Positions 26,861 to 41,309 of a DNA stretch of 64,000 nucleotides are shown one piece after another; position 1 is the stretch's first letter, and each line of letters opens with the position of its first letter. Under the pieces are notes generated by a model. The model did not search any database and had not been told where the DNA came from. It worked only from the letters and a program-made list of their open reading frames with translations. The DNA lies in NCBI RefSeq assembly GCF_026571515.1, contig NW_026854867.1:62001-126000 (forward strand), read 5' to 3'. The translations under genes were made by a program, and so were the position numbers. Source of the stretch: Ruditapes philippinarum. Taxonomy: Eukaryota.

Positions 26861-27247
26861 ACTGCCGCGGTAATCAGGTCAAAAAATAGTACCTTGATTT
26901 TTTCTAAGCTGACTCATCACTCATCACAGACATTTACAATATGAAAATATTTTCATTCTTTAATTTCATATCTGCAATTTGTAAAGATAATAATTCTCTG
27001 AAAAATTCTTGATTTTTGTTTAAATCACTACTCCGTGACGTCATACTGCCGCGGTAATCAGGTCAAAAAATAGTACCTTGATTTTTTCTAAGCTGACTCA
27101 TCACTCATCACAGACATTTACAATATGAAAATATTTTCATTCTTTAATTTCATATCTGCAATTTGTAAAGATAATAATTCTCTGAAAAATTCTTGATTTT
27201 TGTTTAAAACACTACTCCGTGACGTCATACTGCCGCGGTAATCAGGT
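26861..27247. repeat. Near-perfect 184-bp tandem duplication
   Basis: actgccgcggtaatcaggt recurs at 26861, 27045 and 27229; the two full units are almost identical. Confidence 0.9.
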
Positions 27248-30200
27248 TTAGGCATACGTACGTCTGTAATAAATAGTTCTGGTATGAAAACCCTTCAAAA
27301 TAATAACTTTATCCATATTTTTTTAACAAAAAGCATAAATGAAAATTTATAAGTAAATGCTTTAATTCAGTGGCAAATATTCTTTATTATTTTTTGATAA
27401 CAATTTTCCAATTACTACGCAGCGACCAACTGTTTATGACGGGTCATTAACTAGAACGTTGCAACTACGTATTCTCAATATCATGCATGTTCTTTTGTTG
27501 TTATAAACTATTAATAGTCCTTAATATTTTTTAAAGACAAATAATTGTAAACTGTCGCTTACATCAGAGACATGGATCATGCTTGCGTGATAACTAAGGA
27601 AAACTAACTTATTTGTACACCCCAGGAGGCTGTACGCGGAAAACGCTCATAAACCTCTAAATCATATAGCTGTTTAGTAAATATTTTGCATACATTTAAC
27701 TAAAAATTCACTGATGGTGATGAACATATAGTTCAAAACCATTATATTCTTTAACCATTATCGCCGAAAAAAAACTATTTAACTACAAAACCCCTAAGGA
27801 CCTCCGACAAAATTCCAGCACAATATTACATTTCACATTAGCAAAATAAAAAAAGCAATACTTATATTTTCATCTTAAATAATTCATTAATCAAACTTTT
27901 AACATAAAAGTATCTTTGGTAATTGACAGATCCCTACTCTGATCTTTTATTTGTATAGGAATAAATTTAAACATGTGCTCTTTTGTTTAGGAATATTTTG
28001 TAGTGAAAGTCTTATATATTCACTAATCTCATAATTAGAATTAGACAGGTCAGGAATTTATAAAAACAGTTGTTTAGTTAACTATGTTCATTTTAATCCC
28101 AATAGAAACATTCAAATATTTGTGGTAAAAAACATGACCAAAGTACCTAGTAGTCGTTTACCCGGTGGTGATCCCATTAAACTGATTATAGATTCGAATT
28201 GATTAGAAAACACAAATAGAAACATGTGTTTCCGTACAACAAAATCGGAAGTAAAGTGAACAGTTAATTGACAGAAATATGTGGTCAAATATGTTTTAAC
28301 AAGGAAATGATTATTTCAGAGAAAGACGCAAAGATCAGTATGACCCCGTATTGTGTAATTAGAAAGTTTATTCAATTCTAGGGCATACATCATAATTTGA
28401 TAGTCCATTTGTAATAAAATTCAAATTTTCAATACAGATTATGAGATACATAAAAAATATTAAAGAATAAGAAGCTTTAATTAAAAAACAAAAACAAAAA
28501 AAAACAAAAAAAAAAAAAAAAAAAAACGCATACATATACAAATTACTTACAGTCGAGCATCGGGAAGTCATTAACATATCTTACGAAACTTTAATTTGAA
28601 ACCGATATTTGCTCGCGCTGAAGTGATAAATGTTTATTTGAAAAATAAAAAAAAGAACTTTTATGGTTGTGTTCTAAAAATAATGGGCGGCATAAGAGGA
28701 ATTTCTTATTCATTTAACAACACTTGAAAAATTACTACAGAAAATGTGTTGTTGTTTTGTTTTCAACAAAAGTGTGTGTGTTTTAAGTTTATTTATACTC
28801 GGCGCCGGAATAACCATATGTCCGAGATTATAGCATCTGGGACGTCTTTTTCAAGCAGATTCTTCCTGGAAGCCCATTCTTCGTTCTTTGGTGGTAAAGG
28901 AGACGACAATACCGTCAAGGCATCAACTTTCTGACTGACGACAACAAAAACGGCATCTATTAGCGCCAAACATCCAGAGTAAGTCACGACAGGTCAACCA
29001 TCACCTCTGGTACTTATGATGACTTGACTATGACCTTCCGTGTGCCTTCTCCGCGACGTGCACGCCACTGGAGGTATTTGGAGAAGTTTCAACAAACACT
29101 TCCAAAACACGCCATTTATAACACCATTCATAGCACTGACGGCTTCGATGTTCTCATCTATTTGCGGGAAATGGTCGACAGGGAAAACCCTACGTAATAA
29201 CCGCACACCCTGTTAACAACAGATTTTCCGCAGTATATATTTCAAGCTAGTGAGGTTTAAAAATACACGTAGAATCTATCGATTAACTACCATAAGTTGG
29301 TTGAGTGTTGAGTGTTGGCGGTAAAAAAAGAAGATATAACTTCCTGATCAATTTTCACTTAGGTTGATTCAATTTTGAATAAGCTTTGCAGAGATGTATT
29401 TTTTCAAGAAATATTTAGCTTTAATATTATCCGACGCAATGAAATGGGATTAATTTTCTGAAACGTGATTTTATTCGAGATTTGCTTCTGAAGAAGACAA
29501 CCTTCTGTCCGTAGAGCATGAATGTTAATTAATACTCATCACAAGACAGTATCTTATTGATCTCAATTATGGTACATCTAAACGTGTATAATTTTTATGT
29601 TCAATAAAAAATGTTGCATCACTTGCAGTTGTTATTATCATTCAATAATATTAAAATGACATAAAATATTTATGATGAACAGTCCTAGAATATTTTGATA
29701 AGGAACCGTCAGTTGTAAAATGTTATTGTTATCTGATAATGAACAGTCGTCATACTTGCTGGTATGTCATTTATTATTGACAGTTTAGGTTTTTCAAAAT
29801 TTGCATGATTAACAGTCCGAATGTAGACCTTAATTAAATGTTCTGGAATATTAACAAAATGAATAGTCAACCTCATTAACCATATATATGAATGGTTGAA
29901 CACAACAGTAAGGATAAATAGCGCAATGTGCATATCTTTTTATTTTGGTAGCATATTTTAAGCAAAAAGAAAAGAAACTATAAGTCTGAAACATTCTCTC
30001 ATAGCCTCCCCATCAGTACATTCAGTGCTTTGATTATTGATATTGGTATTGGTAAGATATAAACGCTCAGCATTAAAGATATTTTGATAGTATACAGGGT
30101 AATGCTCATCTGCAACTAACCTATACAAGAAATAAAAATACTCCCTCCGGCAGATATACAACAGAAGCGTATACACTAAATTTTAGTAATACATTATATG

Positions 30201-30996
30201 TCAACGTTCAGCTAGCAACATAAATAGATAAATATGATTGTAAAGCATGATTTCACATACAATTGTCGCAGCACAAACGTAACAAAGGGGTTCGTTGACT
30301 CTGCTGTGAGTTCTGGACCTAGGTTAAAGGGTCTGTAAAAAGACAGGTTTGCGCTGCTCAAAATATTTATCCTTCACCACAACATTACCAGGGCCTGTGC
30401 CAACATTTTCTCAATTTAAGTGCGCATGCGTTGTGCAAATGACCGTGGACTTTGAAAAATTAACGAGAAAAGCTAATCGAAGAAATTGAAAAGGTTATAA
30501 AATACTATTATGAATAGGTGACGGCACATTTTGATATGGTGTCTGAGCTATGAGTATATGAGTCAAAGAAATAACTACGTAAAAATACGGGACATGGTCA
30601 ATAACATACAAATATACCAAGACAAACTCGGACACGAACATAATAAAACATACAGCACTTGGCAATGTATACCTGACCCTGTGACACATTGCCATAATTT
30701 GAAGGCGCACTATCTGCTTATGAATGAAACACATTCTAAATATTTTAGAAATCTGATAAGAAAAGGTAGGAAACTATGCAAATATTTAACGTCTCCTTAC
30801 ACCATTTTAAGCATAGCTCCTCATTAATAAGTTTGTTATGAAACGAGAAATATTCGCAGATGTGGTCATACGGTAGTGGAAATGACAGCTTATGTTTTGT
30901 GCCAGTTCATAAAAAGCAGCGTTTGGTTTGAGTGGGATCTGAGATCGTAGTAAGCACAGCACTTCATAGAGCACTTAAAAAATAAATAAACTCTAC

Positions 30997-32360
30997 CTCC
31001 GATTGGCCCTCCAATGCTATTGTCGGTTACTTTGAAAGGCAGTGACATCCCGATTCAGTATGTGAATCTTTTAAATCCAACAATACTGTGAATAATGGCA
31101 TTGATCAATGCACCGGCTACACTGAGGAAAAACCCGACGCATCCCGGTAAAAACAAGCATACCGGTTCTTGTAAGGAACATCGAAGTAAGACATATAAGT
31201 ATTCCTGTTATCGCAAGTGATACAGTATAAACAAACGTTTCATTCCCTTGTGGATGGTAACCTTAGAAAATATAAAATACTTTACCAACGATATTTGATA
31301 TTCCATAAATCATAAGTACAAGTCCAATTTCATTTTGGTCTTAACCTACATCTTTAGGATAAGAAGGTATATGATATATATAAACTCCCTGGCTGAAGCT
31401 CATGAAAACATTACTTGCACAAAGAAAACCAAACGATGACTTTCTTAAAATGGAGATATTCATGCATTTCCTTTCGGATGTTTTCTTATAATTTACATTT
31501 TTATTATTTCCGGATTGTATTGAAAACATTACCATTGCACACGCGCATATATTTAATGTAATTCCGCTTAGAAAAAGGAACATCCCCTTCCAGCCAAAGT
31601 GTTCATCCAAAGAAGAAATCAAATCAGCAAATATCACAAGACCGAATTATGACCAACTGATACAATACCAGCAACTTAAGTCTTGAATAAGTCAAAGTAG
31701 GTGTTCAAAGCAGACATGCATCCATTAAATTTACACCTAGGCCCAAACCTGAAATCAGTAATAAATAAGAAAGTGCATTTACACACCTGAATGATAGCAG
31801 ATTTCAAAATAAACAGAACTAACGTGTACGTATTCTTTAAGTATTATTCATATTACAAATATAATAGAAGAATTGAATTACTTGTTTTCGTTTACAAATG
31901 GCCGCGACCCAATAAATACAAAATGTGACAATTGACTACCAATGGTTTTAATCTGTAAGTAAATGTCCTTACTTTTCTAGAAACAAGTAAGAAATAAAGG
32001 ACAACAATGCGTTTAAGAAGAAAAGATTTTACCTGTGAGAAAACCATATGAGAAGAAAAGGTATGTTAAACTTGTGGCGAAGAAGCTTAAAGTTAGACAT
32101 AATGCCACTAGAATGCCACCATCAAAAGAGCATACGCGGTAGCCGTAGCGGTTTGTAAAGATGTGCTAAAATGTAAATGAAATGTAGTATTTATATTTCA
32201 AATGATTCGATTAATTCTGGATTTGTTTACTTTGTCTTTCATGGTGTGAAAATCATCTACGTTTTAAAATTAAAAATAAAATATATTTTGTCTAAAAGCG
32301 AAGAAAAAATACATTGGAACAGCAAAATTTGCTTCCTGAAAATTGAAAAAATAAATAAAA

Positions 32361-32391
<31 letters not shown>

Positions 32392-32655
32392 CCCAAAACA
32401 AATCTAGAGATAAAATAAAAAAATGAAGATAACTAAACCAAAGCAAAACAAAAACAACCAACATGAAATAAACCACATTGTGATAGAAAATGAACAACGT
32501 CATGTTGTTTCCACGGGTTTTCCACCGAAGGTGTTCGTGAATTCTGTATAAAATATTCCACCTGATAAGCAAATGCCTCTAAGAACGACCTGACAACAAA
32601 CCACGCATAGCATTACCAGCAAACTCCATCCACTATCTCGTTTGATATCTGCCAT
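30997..32655 (-). pseudogene. Monocarboxylate transporter (SLC16) pseudogene copy C
   Basis: Exon 1 32655-32463 (ATG intact, TGG>TGA at 32500-32502), exon 2 32165-32033 (133 nt vs 144), exon 3 31748-30997 with several frameshifts; exon 4 not found; introns align with copy B. Confidence 0.85.
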
Positions 32656-34696
32656 TGTTTCTCATTATATAATATTTAATTATATTGTATCATTCAGCGC
32701 GAAGTTGAGTAACCGTTTTATCTACATTTTGACTTTGATTTATTTGCACAACTTTAAGATAATAGTATAGTTGTGTTAAAGTTAGGAACGTTACGTTACT
32801 TTACTTTGAACTCATCTTATGAGCACAGTTATCTTTATATTCATCAACTTAGTTACCAAATTATGTAACTGAATCAAAAGTTAAAGTACTTTTAAGTAAT
32901 GATTATTTGGTCGGTCTATAACCGTGTGTCCATAATCAACAAGGGTATCAATTTAATCAGATAAAATATTCGTGCACATGCAAACAGATATCACTTTTTT
33001 AATATGTTCTTATCAAAAAGGAAGTCTATCAATTTGGTAATGCATTTTCTTTATCACTAAATGCGATTCCTATAGCAGTATATAACTTTATTGAATACAG
33101 GCCAATGATCGATATTATGATATTTTAAACGGCAATATCTTTTTTTTACATATACAGTGAATGAAATATAAAAAATTACCAGGACAATATAAAACAATCG
33201 CATATCGTTATAGATTTTTCTTGAAACGCTACCATCAAGCACATGCATGTTTAATTTTTGCTATGATAAATTCTGCGATGTGAAACGCGCATTGTCATAT
33301 GTGAAGAATTTTGAAAATATGTGAAAACCTTTGCCAATAGAGGTCAGTCCCACTCATTCATAAACTAAGTTCTATATGTAATCATATAACAAAAACGCAA
33401 TTCTAAATAATAGTTTGCTGTACATTGCGTAAATACCCTGACTGCTTTATAATAAGACGTAGCGTTTAAATGATATATCTTTCTCCTTCAACAACCATGA
33501 ATCGCTGACAGATATGCATGTTCATGAAACGTAATTTAATAAAATGACGGAATATTCATAACGTTTGTTCGTTCCGCTGAAAAAAGATATTGTTTATCAA
33601 TATTTCCTGAATGATTGTACTGAATACTTGCAATTAGTTGCAAGAAAAATAGGTTTTTTTAAGTCAGCCAAAGATACCCACTTCCACAACTACAACCCAA
33701 GAGTTACCAACACCTGGTTTGAAAGAATAATAATGTATTCATCCATCGTCTTGGAAAGAATTCAAACTTTCTGTACATCTGATAATCATCAAATTTATAA
33801 TAATTATAAACTGCGAAATTTGTATAATATATTTGTCCAGCTTGATATTTGAAACAGTCAATTCAGATTTAAGAACATTTCAATACCAAAATACAAAAAA
33901 TAGCTGACATAGATAGAGTTGTCAGACTTTATGGATTTGAGAAAAATATAAGAAAGCTTAGAAAACGTATTTTTATATCATGTTTTGCTCGTGTTTGTTT
34001 AAAGTTTGAAACGTTCTTCACTGATGATGCATAAGTGACGATAATTTCATTTCATGAAACACAAACTCAAACACATAACAAGAAAATATAAAACTTAATA
34101 AAATCATAAAAGCTATGGAAATATCGTTTTTTTTAAAAAAGAGAGATTCTATGTAGATGTTATGTAGAGACACTGATGAATAGGAAATAAATTACTACAG
34201 TACGCATAATAAAGTGGTTAATGTATCATTCCTACTCGAAAACAAATGATAAAATTAAAGGGTAATTGTTTGTTTTATGAATGTGTCGATAAACATTATA
34301 CGCTAAAGAATAGGCAAAGCATCTTGTTCGTACTTTATAACATTTCTTTAATAACATTCGAAGTGGTTTAATTTTTTATTTTCACATCTGGCATTCGTGT
34401 AAGAATGTGTGTACGTACTGGTGTTACATACAATCATTTCACAAGCCCTCTTATAATGAAATTAAATAGAATAGTGCGCATTCCGTGGTGATTTGTTCTG
34501 TACATCATTGCCTTTATCTCCTACGTCGGTACTTGAAAAGAACAAGGAAATTTATTATAAGGAAAATATATTCCAGAGTGTTAACTTTTATCAACAGAGG
34601 CAAAATTTAAAGACCGTGTTTAAAAGAAAAATATTAAAAAAACAAAACATCTATCAAAAAAGGAATAAGAAAGGGATTGGCAAAGGTATTGGCAAA

Positions 34697-36397
34697 ATGA
34701 CCAGTGTACTTGGAAAATGGAAGATTGAAAGTTCTGAAAACTTTGAAGAGTACATGAAAGCAATCGGTAGGTTATAATACATTTTATGTTTTATGCTCTA
34801 ATTTCTTAAAACAGATTTATTCTTAAGTTTACTCTTTTGAAAATAGTAAACTTAAAAAAGCAAATTTCCGTAAAAATTTTGACAAAGCATATAAAAGCAA
34901 ATGTGAGTTTTGTTGAAAAAATGAAAGAAACTGAACATGGGTATGAAAAAAAATGGTATAAAATAAACCTCACACTAATAATGGTAACTTTAGCTATCAA
35001 AGCATACATTTATACACCGAGTGTTTCATCATGAAATATTTGTAACGTTGGACATGTACAGTCTATTAAAATTGATATTGGATCTAAATTTAGATGAATA
35101 TGATATTGTCAATATTGATAACAACATACTAAATGTAATATTCTAAAATTTCCATACTTTGTATCAAATGAAATAAATATAATAAAATATGATTGCAGGT
35201 GTTCCCGAAGACAAACGTGCAAATGCGCTAAAGTATTTGTCCGCAGGGTCGGACATGACCCAGGAATTTAAAGCTGATGGAGATAATTGGACAATGACCA
35301 CTGTGTCGGCTGCTGGTGAGAAAACACTGTCCTTTACGATAGGAAAGGAAGAAGATTCCGCCACACTTGATGGACGTCCTATTAAGGTATGTTGAAGATA
35401 AAAACATATTCGATTCTGGTTTTAGAGACTGCGTGTGTTTAAAGAAAAATAAAACTCACCCAGACTTTTTAATTCCTTTTAAGCATGATTGATTTTTGAA
35501 TATTACACAGAAGGTGTGAAGTTTTTAGCTGAAACTCGTATAATTACAACCACTTAGAATTGAATGATACACCTATTCAAGTATAAGTTCTCGTTTCTAA
35601 TCTTTTTTTCACACATTTTATGTGTTATAAAGTTACATTTGCAAATTGTAAATGTGTATTCTTGTTATAAATAAACTATGTGTTTAGCAAAAATAAATAT
35701 ATAAAAATCTCAATTTTTAACCATTACTGTTACATACAATTCTCTATGTAAATTTTCTCGGCATTTTCCCGGTTGAATTTTCTTATTTGCAGAAACTTTT
35801 ATTTCTAATCAATAAAATCCTAGACTTCTGCATTTCAGGTTTTGTTCACAATAGACGGTGATTGTCTTGTAGAAAAGCAAACGGCAGACGGGTTTGAATG
35901 TTCACATGTCAGAAAAGGTGACGGTAATACATTGACAATGGTAGGTATACACATATATTAAAAGGTTACTTGGTATTTTTATAAGCAATATGTATCTTGA
36001 GTATTCAACGGCACCCTCAATAGTTATGTGGAGACTACTGTACAAGTTTTACATATCTTAATTTTGTTAGCTCTTTGAATACTTCCTACGTAAAGTTAAA
36101 GGAAATTTACTTCCTACATGGAGTTAAGCGAAATTTGACCATCTTGCAAGCGCTGCGTCGTAAAACAAGTTATTAGCACTTTTGTTAAATTACATTTTCT
36201 TGTATTAACAAACAACAAACATGATTGTGGGTACTTCCCCGCCCCCATTCAGTCTAAGTTCGAGGCAAGTACACGCGCTGATAAAAGAAATATAATTAAA
36301 AAAACAAACTACATTGTATATAGAATTACTTTGTTTTTACTTCCAGACACTGAATGGCGGAGGGCAGACATGTGCAAGAAAATTCTCGAAGGTGTAA
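34697..36397 (+). CDS. FABP: Fatty acid-binding protein (intracellular lipid-binding protein), 136 aa
   Basis: Exons 34697-34766, 35199-35386, 35839-35940, 36347-36397; GT-AG, phases 1/0/0 as in canonical FABP genes; GKWKIESSENFEEYMKAIGV signature, SFTIGKEED..TLDGR; open reading frame throughout. Confidence 0.93.
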
Positions 36398-36586
36398 ATG
36401 GATCTTATACATGTATTTACGTTCACAAGTGCTGGAAACGTTCCAACATATCAAATTTGTTAGCCATGCAGCTGGCTTTTGAGTGAATAACTACTCGTTT
36501 AGACATAAGGATGTATTATTTGTTTAAGCGATTGTACTTGATTTGCACTCTTTTGTATATTTTGTCTTATGACTCAACATTTGAAA

Positions 36587-36592
36587 AATAAA
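36587..36592 (+). terminator. Probable polyadenylation signal of FABP
   Basis: AATAAA ~190 nt after the stop; conserved in the duplicate at ~61528. Confidence 0.5.
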
Positions 36593-38168
36593 TAAGCTAT
36601 GTAATCTACATTATATTTATTTAATGAAATCTTGTTCGAATATTACAAAATAAATTAACCAATAAAATGGCCTCATAAATTGTTTACATTCAACATTCTT
36701 CGAGAATTCTGTGTTTACAACTACAATAAACGATAATGATCTTTGAGAAATGTTTAATTTCAAAATTAATTGAAAATATTTTTAGAATATTTTGTTTTAT
36801 AACTATTTAAAGGTAAGTATATAAATTAGTTTGAATTCAACATTAAACTTATAATATATATTTCCTTATTTGACATAATCCACTTATTTCTGCATTTGCA
36901 TCGTTTTTCTTCGATTTTTATCACAAAAAGGGTTTTGTTGCTTTACAAATCAGAATTTTTCTTACAATAGTTGATGCACCATAAATTTAAGACGAGAGCA
37001 ATCGACCTTAGTTTCAAAAGGCAATGAACATTCTTACACGGGACCCGGTTTATCATAACTTTCTCTCGATCAAAAATCGACTTTTGTTCCCACGTAAGAA
37101 ATGGTGGAAATAAATTACTTAAATAATTTGTCACATTTCTATTTGATTATTTCTAACTTTATATACACACTTCAGTCATTTGCATAGATACTATTGCATG
37201 GCTGAACAAAGTATACTATGTTTACGACGACTTCTTATAATTGAAATTGCATTCCGTCATAACGTATGTCTGCAGAAATTTGAATGAATACTCGCCGTTT
37301 GTATAAAAAATTAACTGGCGTAAAATTGTCTAACAGTGTAAGATGACGGATGGTTTCTTTCTAATTACAGTTTAGGAATCCGTATATATTTTTTAAACAA
37401 AAAGTAGGTTTTTAGTTATGGTGTCACACAATATCATACAATCAAGACATGATCTGAGAAACTTCCTGTATTCTAATAGCGAACTCGATATATATATTTT
37501 ATACTCCAGTACATCAGATTTTTTTATTTTGATCGGGTTTAGGAAAGGTTTTGTGACAGACTTTCCATCTTTACTGGTGTAAGAATAGCTCAGGTGTCCT
37601 ACCATGCATTATTTCAGGAACGAACAGGCACATGACATGAGTAGAACAACCGACAGTATGTAAGAGCTGGTTCGATAGCTTCCTCACATGACTGTATCCA
37701 CAGTCCATCATGCAAAATATGAATTGTATTTTGTATTACGGACGAAAATTACTTTTTTCACATTTCATATAGACTGTTCACACGAGCGAAATAATTGCAT
37801 TATTAACAAATTGCGGGTGACCGAGTCTTAAAGAATATTTTGTAAAGGTAAATTGGTTTGTATGTTATTCTAATATTTTTATTGCAATGTATGTCCTTTA
37901 CTTTGATTATCGAACCCTATAAAGTTTGTTATATACATGTAACTATACAGTAGAAACCCTACTTAGACCAATCACCCGGACTAAAGACACCATTTTGGAC
38001 CACTCCTCCGGAATAAAGACACTACCTATATATAAACAGTCGTTAACATACATTTTTTCACAAAGCCACGACACGACTAACAACAATATTAAATAAATAT
38101 AAAATGAATAAATACTAAAGACTACGTGAAATTTAAAATTTTCAAGTATTCAGCGTGCATTATCAATA

Positions 38169-38472
38169 TTAAAGCAGCATGCCACCAGATCCATGTTAAT
38201 ATTGATGAAAAATGGGACCGTAATGAAAAGTAAAATAGTGTGAAGTGAACAAAGGAAATAATTAACAAATTGCAAACGGCACAAACAAACCACGTAAAGA
38301 ACCAAAGCCCGTACTACGTTAGTCACAGGGTAGAAATATGCTGATAACTACTGCAAATCAGTCATTTATTGCACACATGTGAATTAGAACTTGGTCTTGA
38401 ATTCTTTTACTTTTCTTAAAATAATTTTTCTCAAGGTATATTTGAGCTCATCTGCAAAGCATGCTTCTTTAA
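38169..38472. mobile_element. Kolobok-type MITE, family 1
   Basis: TTAA|agcagcatgc ... gcatgcttct|TTAA; internal similarity to 1261-1600 (gtgaagtgaacaaag). Confidence 0.7.
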
Positions 38473-39825
38473 CAAAATACATTGTAAAATCTTTCGCGCC
38501 TGAAGACATTCAAGCGGTTATGTCCATTTGATAAATTTTTACACACTTATATGATAAAGGTTCAAGAGTTTTTGTCTACAAAACAACAGAAGGTCAAAGA
38601 TCTATTTGACCGGCATTTACATACTATATATGGCTACAGTAATTTAATATATATTTGATTTTATGATTGCTCACTTGTATAAGAAAAAAATACCTGAGGT
38701 AAATATCAGTAAAGATTTCATAAAATATACCACAGGCGAAAATAATTACAAATTATTGACACTTTATTAATGATAAATATTTTACTGTTAAATGAACGTT
38801 ATGAAAACGATATTTAAGAATAGTATAGAAAGAAATAACATTATTAGTTTTGCTACAACACAGGAATAAACTCTGTTGAAATAAGTCTTAGCAAAAGGTA
38901 ATCATAACAGTTAGTCCCCTTTATTTTCTACAAAAATGAAAACTTTAAATACATATAAAAATGAGTTTTTTTTTTAAAAAAATTACAATCATAAAAAAAG
39001 CTTAACGGTATACCCTAAATGTATGATTCTGGTCATGGAATAATTGATACTTCAGAAATGTTAATTGAAATAAGCTTAAGTAATTTGCAAGCTTTTTGTT
39101 ATGAAATCACGAATGCTATTGAAAAAAAGTACATATATATAGGAGTTAACTATCATGTTTTTTTTCCAATATACGTCAATTATTCAGTTAAAATAATAAG
39201 TCACTGCACTATTACATTTTATCTATTTATTTTTAAATATCTTTTAAAACAACAAAAACAATAATAAATATCATTTTCAATTATTTTTTTTATACCTTGG
39301 GCGCAAACTTGATAATTTTATCTTTTTCTATTTTTTATAAATCTTTTTACAAATATTTATTCTAACTACATGTATAATACATGTAGTTATGATAACTATT
39401 TGAAAACTATAAGAAAATGATATATTTAAGTTCTTTAAATTGCATGAGAAAGAGCAGGATAATTCTGTTTTCATGATGAAGAAAACAATGCATCTGAAAG
39501 AATATGTTTACCATCTTATATTAATTTTCATGCAAGTTCACCGTTTATAGATCTTTTATTTTCATATCACGCCACTTGATTAGTCTATTTTTAATGAATT
39601 TTTTGTGTAAAATTCTTTATAGAAAGCATTTAAGCTACATATATATTGTATCAATTAACATAATGACATTTGCTGTACATTTATTTCTACATGTTACAAT
39701 TTTTATTTTAGTAAACGAAACTGTAGGTATGACAAAATAAAACACAGGTATTAGCTAATCATCCAATATGCAAATAATAAAGAAAGCTTTTTGTTTTGTT
39801 TATGGCCTTTGTATCATGATATGAC

Positions 39826-40590
39826 AAAATATTGAATTCTTTTGAGTACAACGCTGTCACAGCTTTGTTAGACGAGCGCTAACCGAGTCTCATATAGATT
39901 TTGCAGTTTATGGAATAACTATTGTTGAACTCATTGTATCGCATCAACAAAGTTGTCATTTTGACAGAACTGTGTTAATTTATTAACAATAATTGATACA
40001 AGAATTCATTGGTCTGCACAATATTGAATTCTTTTGAGTACAAAGCTGTCACAGCTTTGTTAGACGAGCGCTAACCAAGTCTCATATAGATTTTGCAGTT
40101 TATGGAATAACTATTGTTGAACTCATTGTATCGCATCAACAAAGTTGTCATTTTGACAGAACTGTGTTAATTAATTAACAATAATTAAATTCAAGAATTC
40201 ATTGTTCTGTACAATATTGAATTCTTTTGAGTACAAAGCTGTCACATCTTTGCTAGACTAGCGCTAACAAAGTCTGATATAGATTTTGCAGCTTATGGAA
40301 TTACTATTGTTGAACTCATTGTATCGCATCAACAAAGTTGTCATTTTGACAGAATTGTGTTCATGAATTAACAATAATTAAATTCAAGAAGTCATTGTTC
40401 TGTACAATATTGAATTCTTTTCAGTACAAAGCTGTCACATCTTTGCTAGACTAGCGCTAACCAAGTCTCATATAGATTTTGCAGCTTATGGAATAACTAT
40501 TGTTGAACTCATTGTATCGCATCAACAAAGTTGTCATTTTGACAGAACTGTGTTAATTAAATAACAAAAATTAATACAAGAATTCAATCT
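39826..40590. repeat. Tandem array of four ~192-bp units
   Basis: aatattgaattctttt.agtaca recurs at ~39828, 40020, 40213, 40406. Confidence 0.92.
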
Positions 40591-41309
40591 GGACCTTTGG
40601 AGTCTCAAAATGAAAACGACGCTAAATGCATTGGTTGTGTTTTGGGTTAGATATGGATTTCTGAAAAACGAGGCTAAATTGATAAGATTAAATCCAACAA
40701 AGAAGTCTACTGTAGCATCTTGTGGTACACATACAAAATGTACATTGTACATGAATTTCAATAGGTGTCAAATAGTATCAATTATCAGATATACAGATAG
40801 AGGGTTTGTTTTGTGAAATGAAATTAGATATTAGATTATTCTTTGATTGCAAACTATGATTAAAATTTTAAAAATAATTAAAATCAACATGTAATTGATG
40901 GTCTTTAAAGAACTTGCAAAATATTAATTGTTATGTTTTTATTTAAAAATTGTTATAAATAATCATTCTTTAATTGATATTTTCGACAAAGCATGATGAT
41001 AAGGTTCACCTGTGGTTATATAAATTATATCTTATCCTTATACATTGATACCATTACATGATAAAAAATATAAGTATATACCAATAAGAGTTGTTTTTCA
41101 TAAAATGTATAACAAACATGTATTTCTAAATTTGTTACATAAATAATTTATTTTTTAATTGATTTTTTTATTAAACGCGATAAGAAGATCCACCTAGTGG
41201 TTATATATCCAATACTCTACCACCAGAAAACATATCTACACTACCAACAGAAGACACCTAGCTGTTCTGTTTATGAGGAGAAAGTTGGATGATATATTCT
41301 ATTATTCAT

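Noticed and set aside
28994-28996. In-frame TGA as selenocysteine or readthrough
   Set aside because: No recognisable selenoprotein motif or SECIS, and the coding strand is uncertain
37393-37690. Possible exons downstream of FABP
   Set aside because: No consistent frame or splice chain could be built
39826-40590. Regularly spaced repeats as a CRISPR-like array (also 42340-43385, 58850-59150)
   Set aside because: Units repeat in full with no unique spacers, no cas genes, eukaryotic context; ordinary satellites
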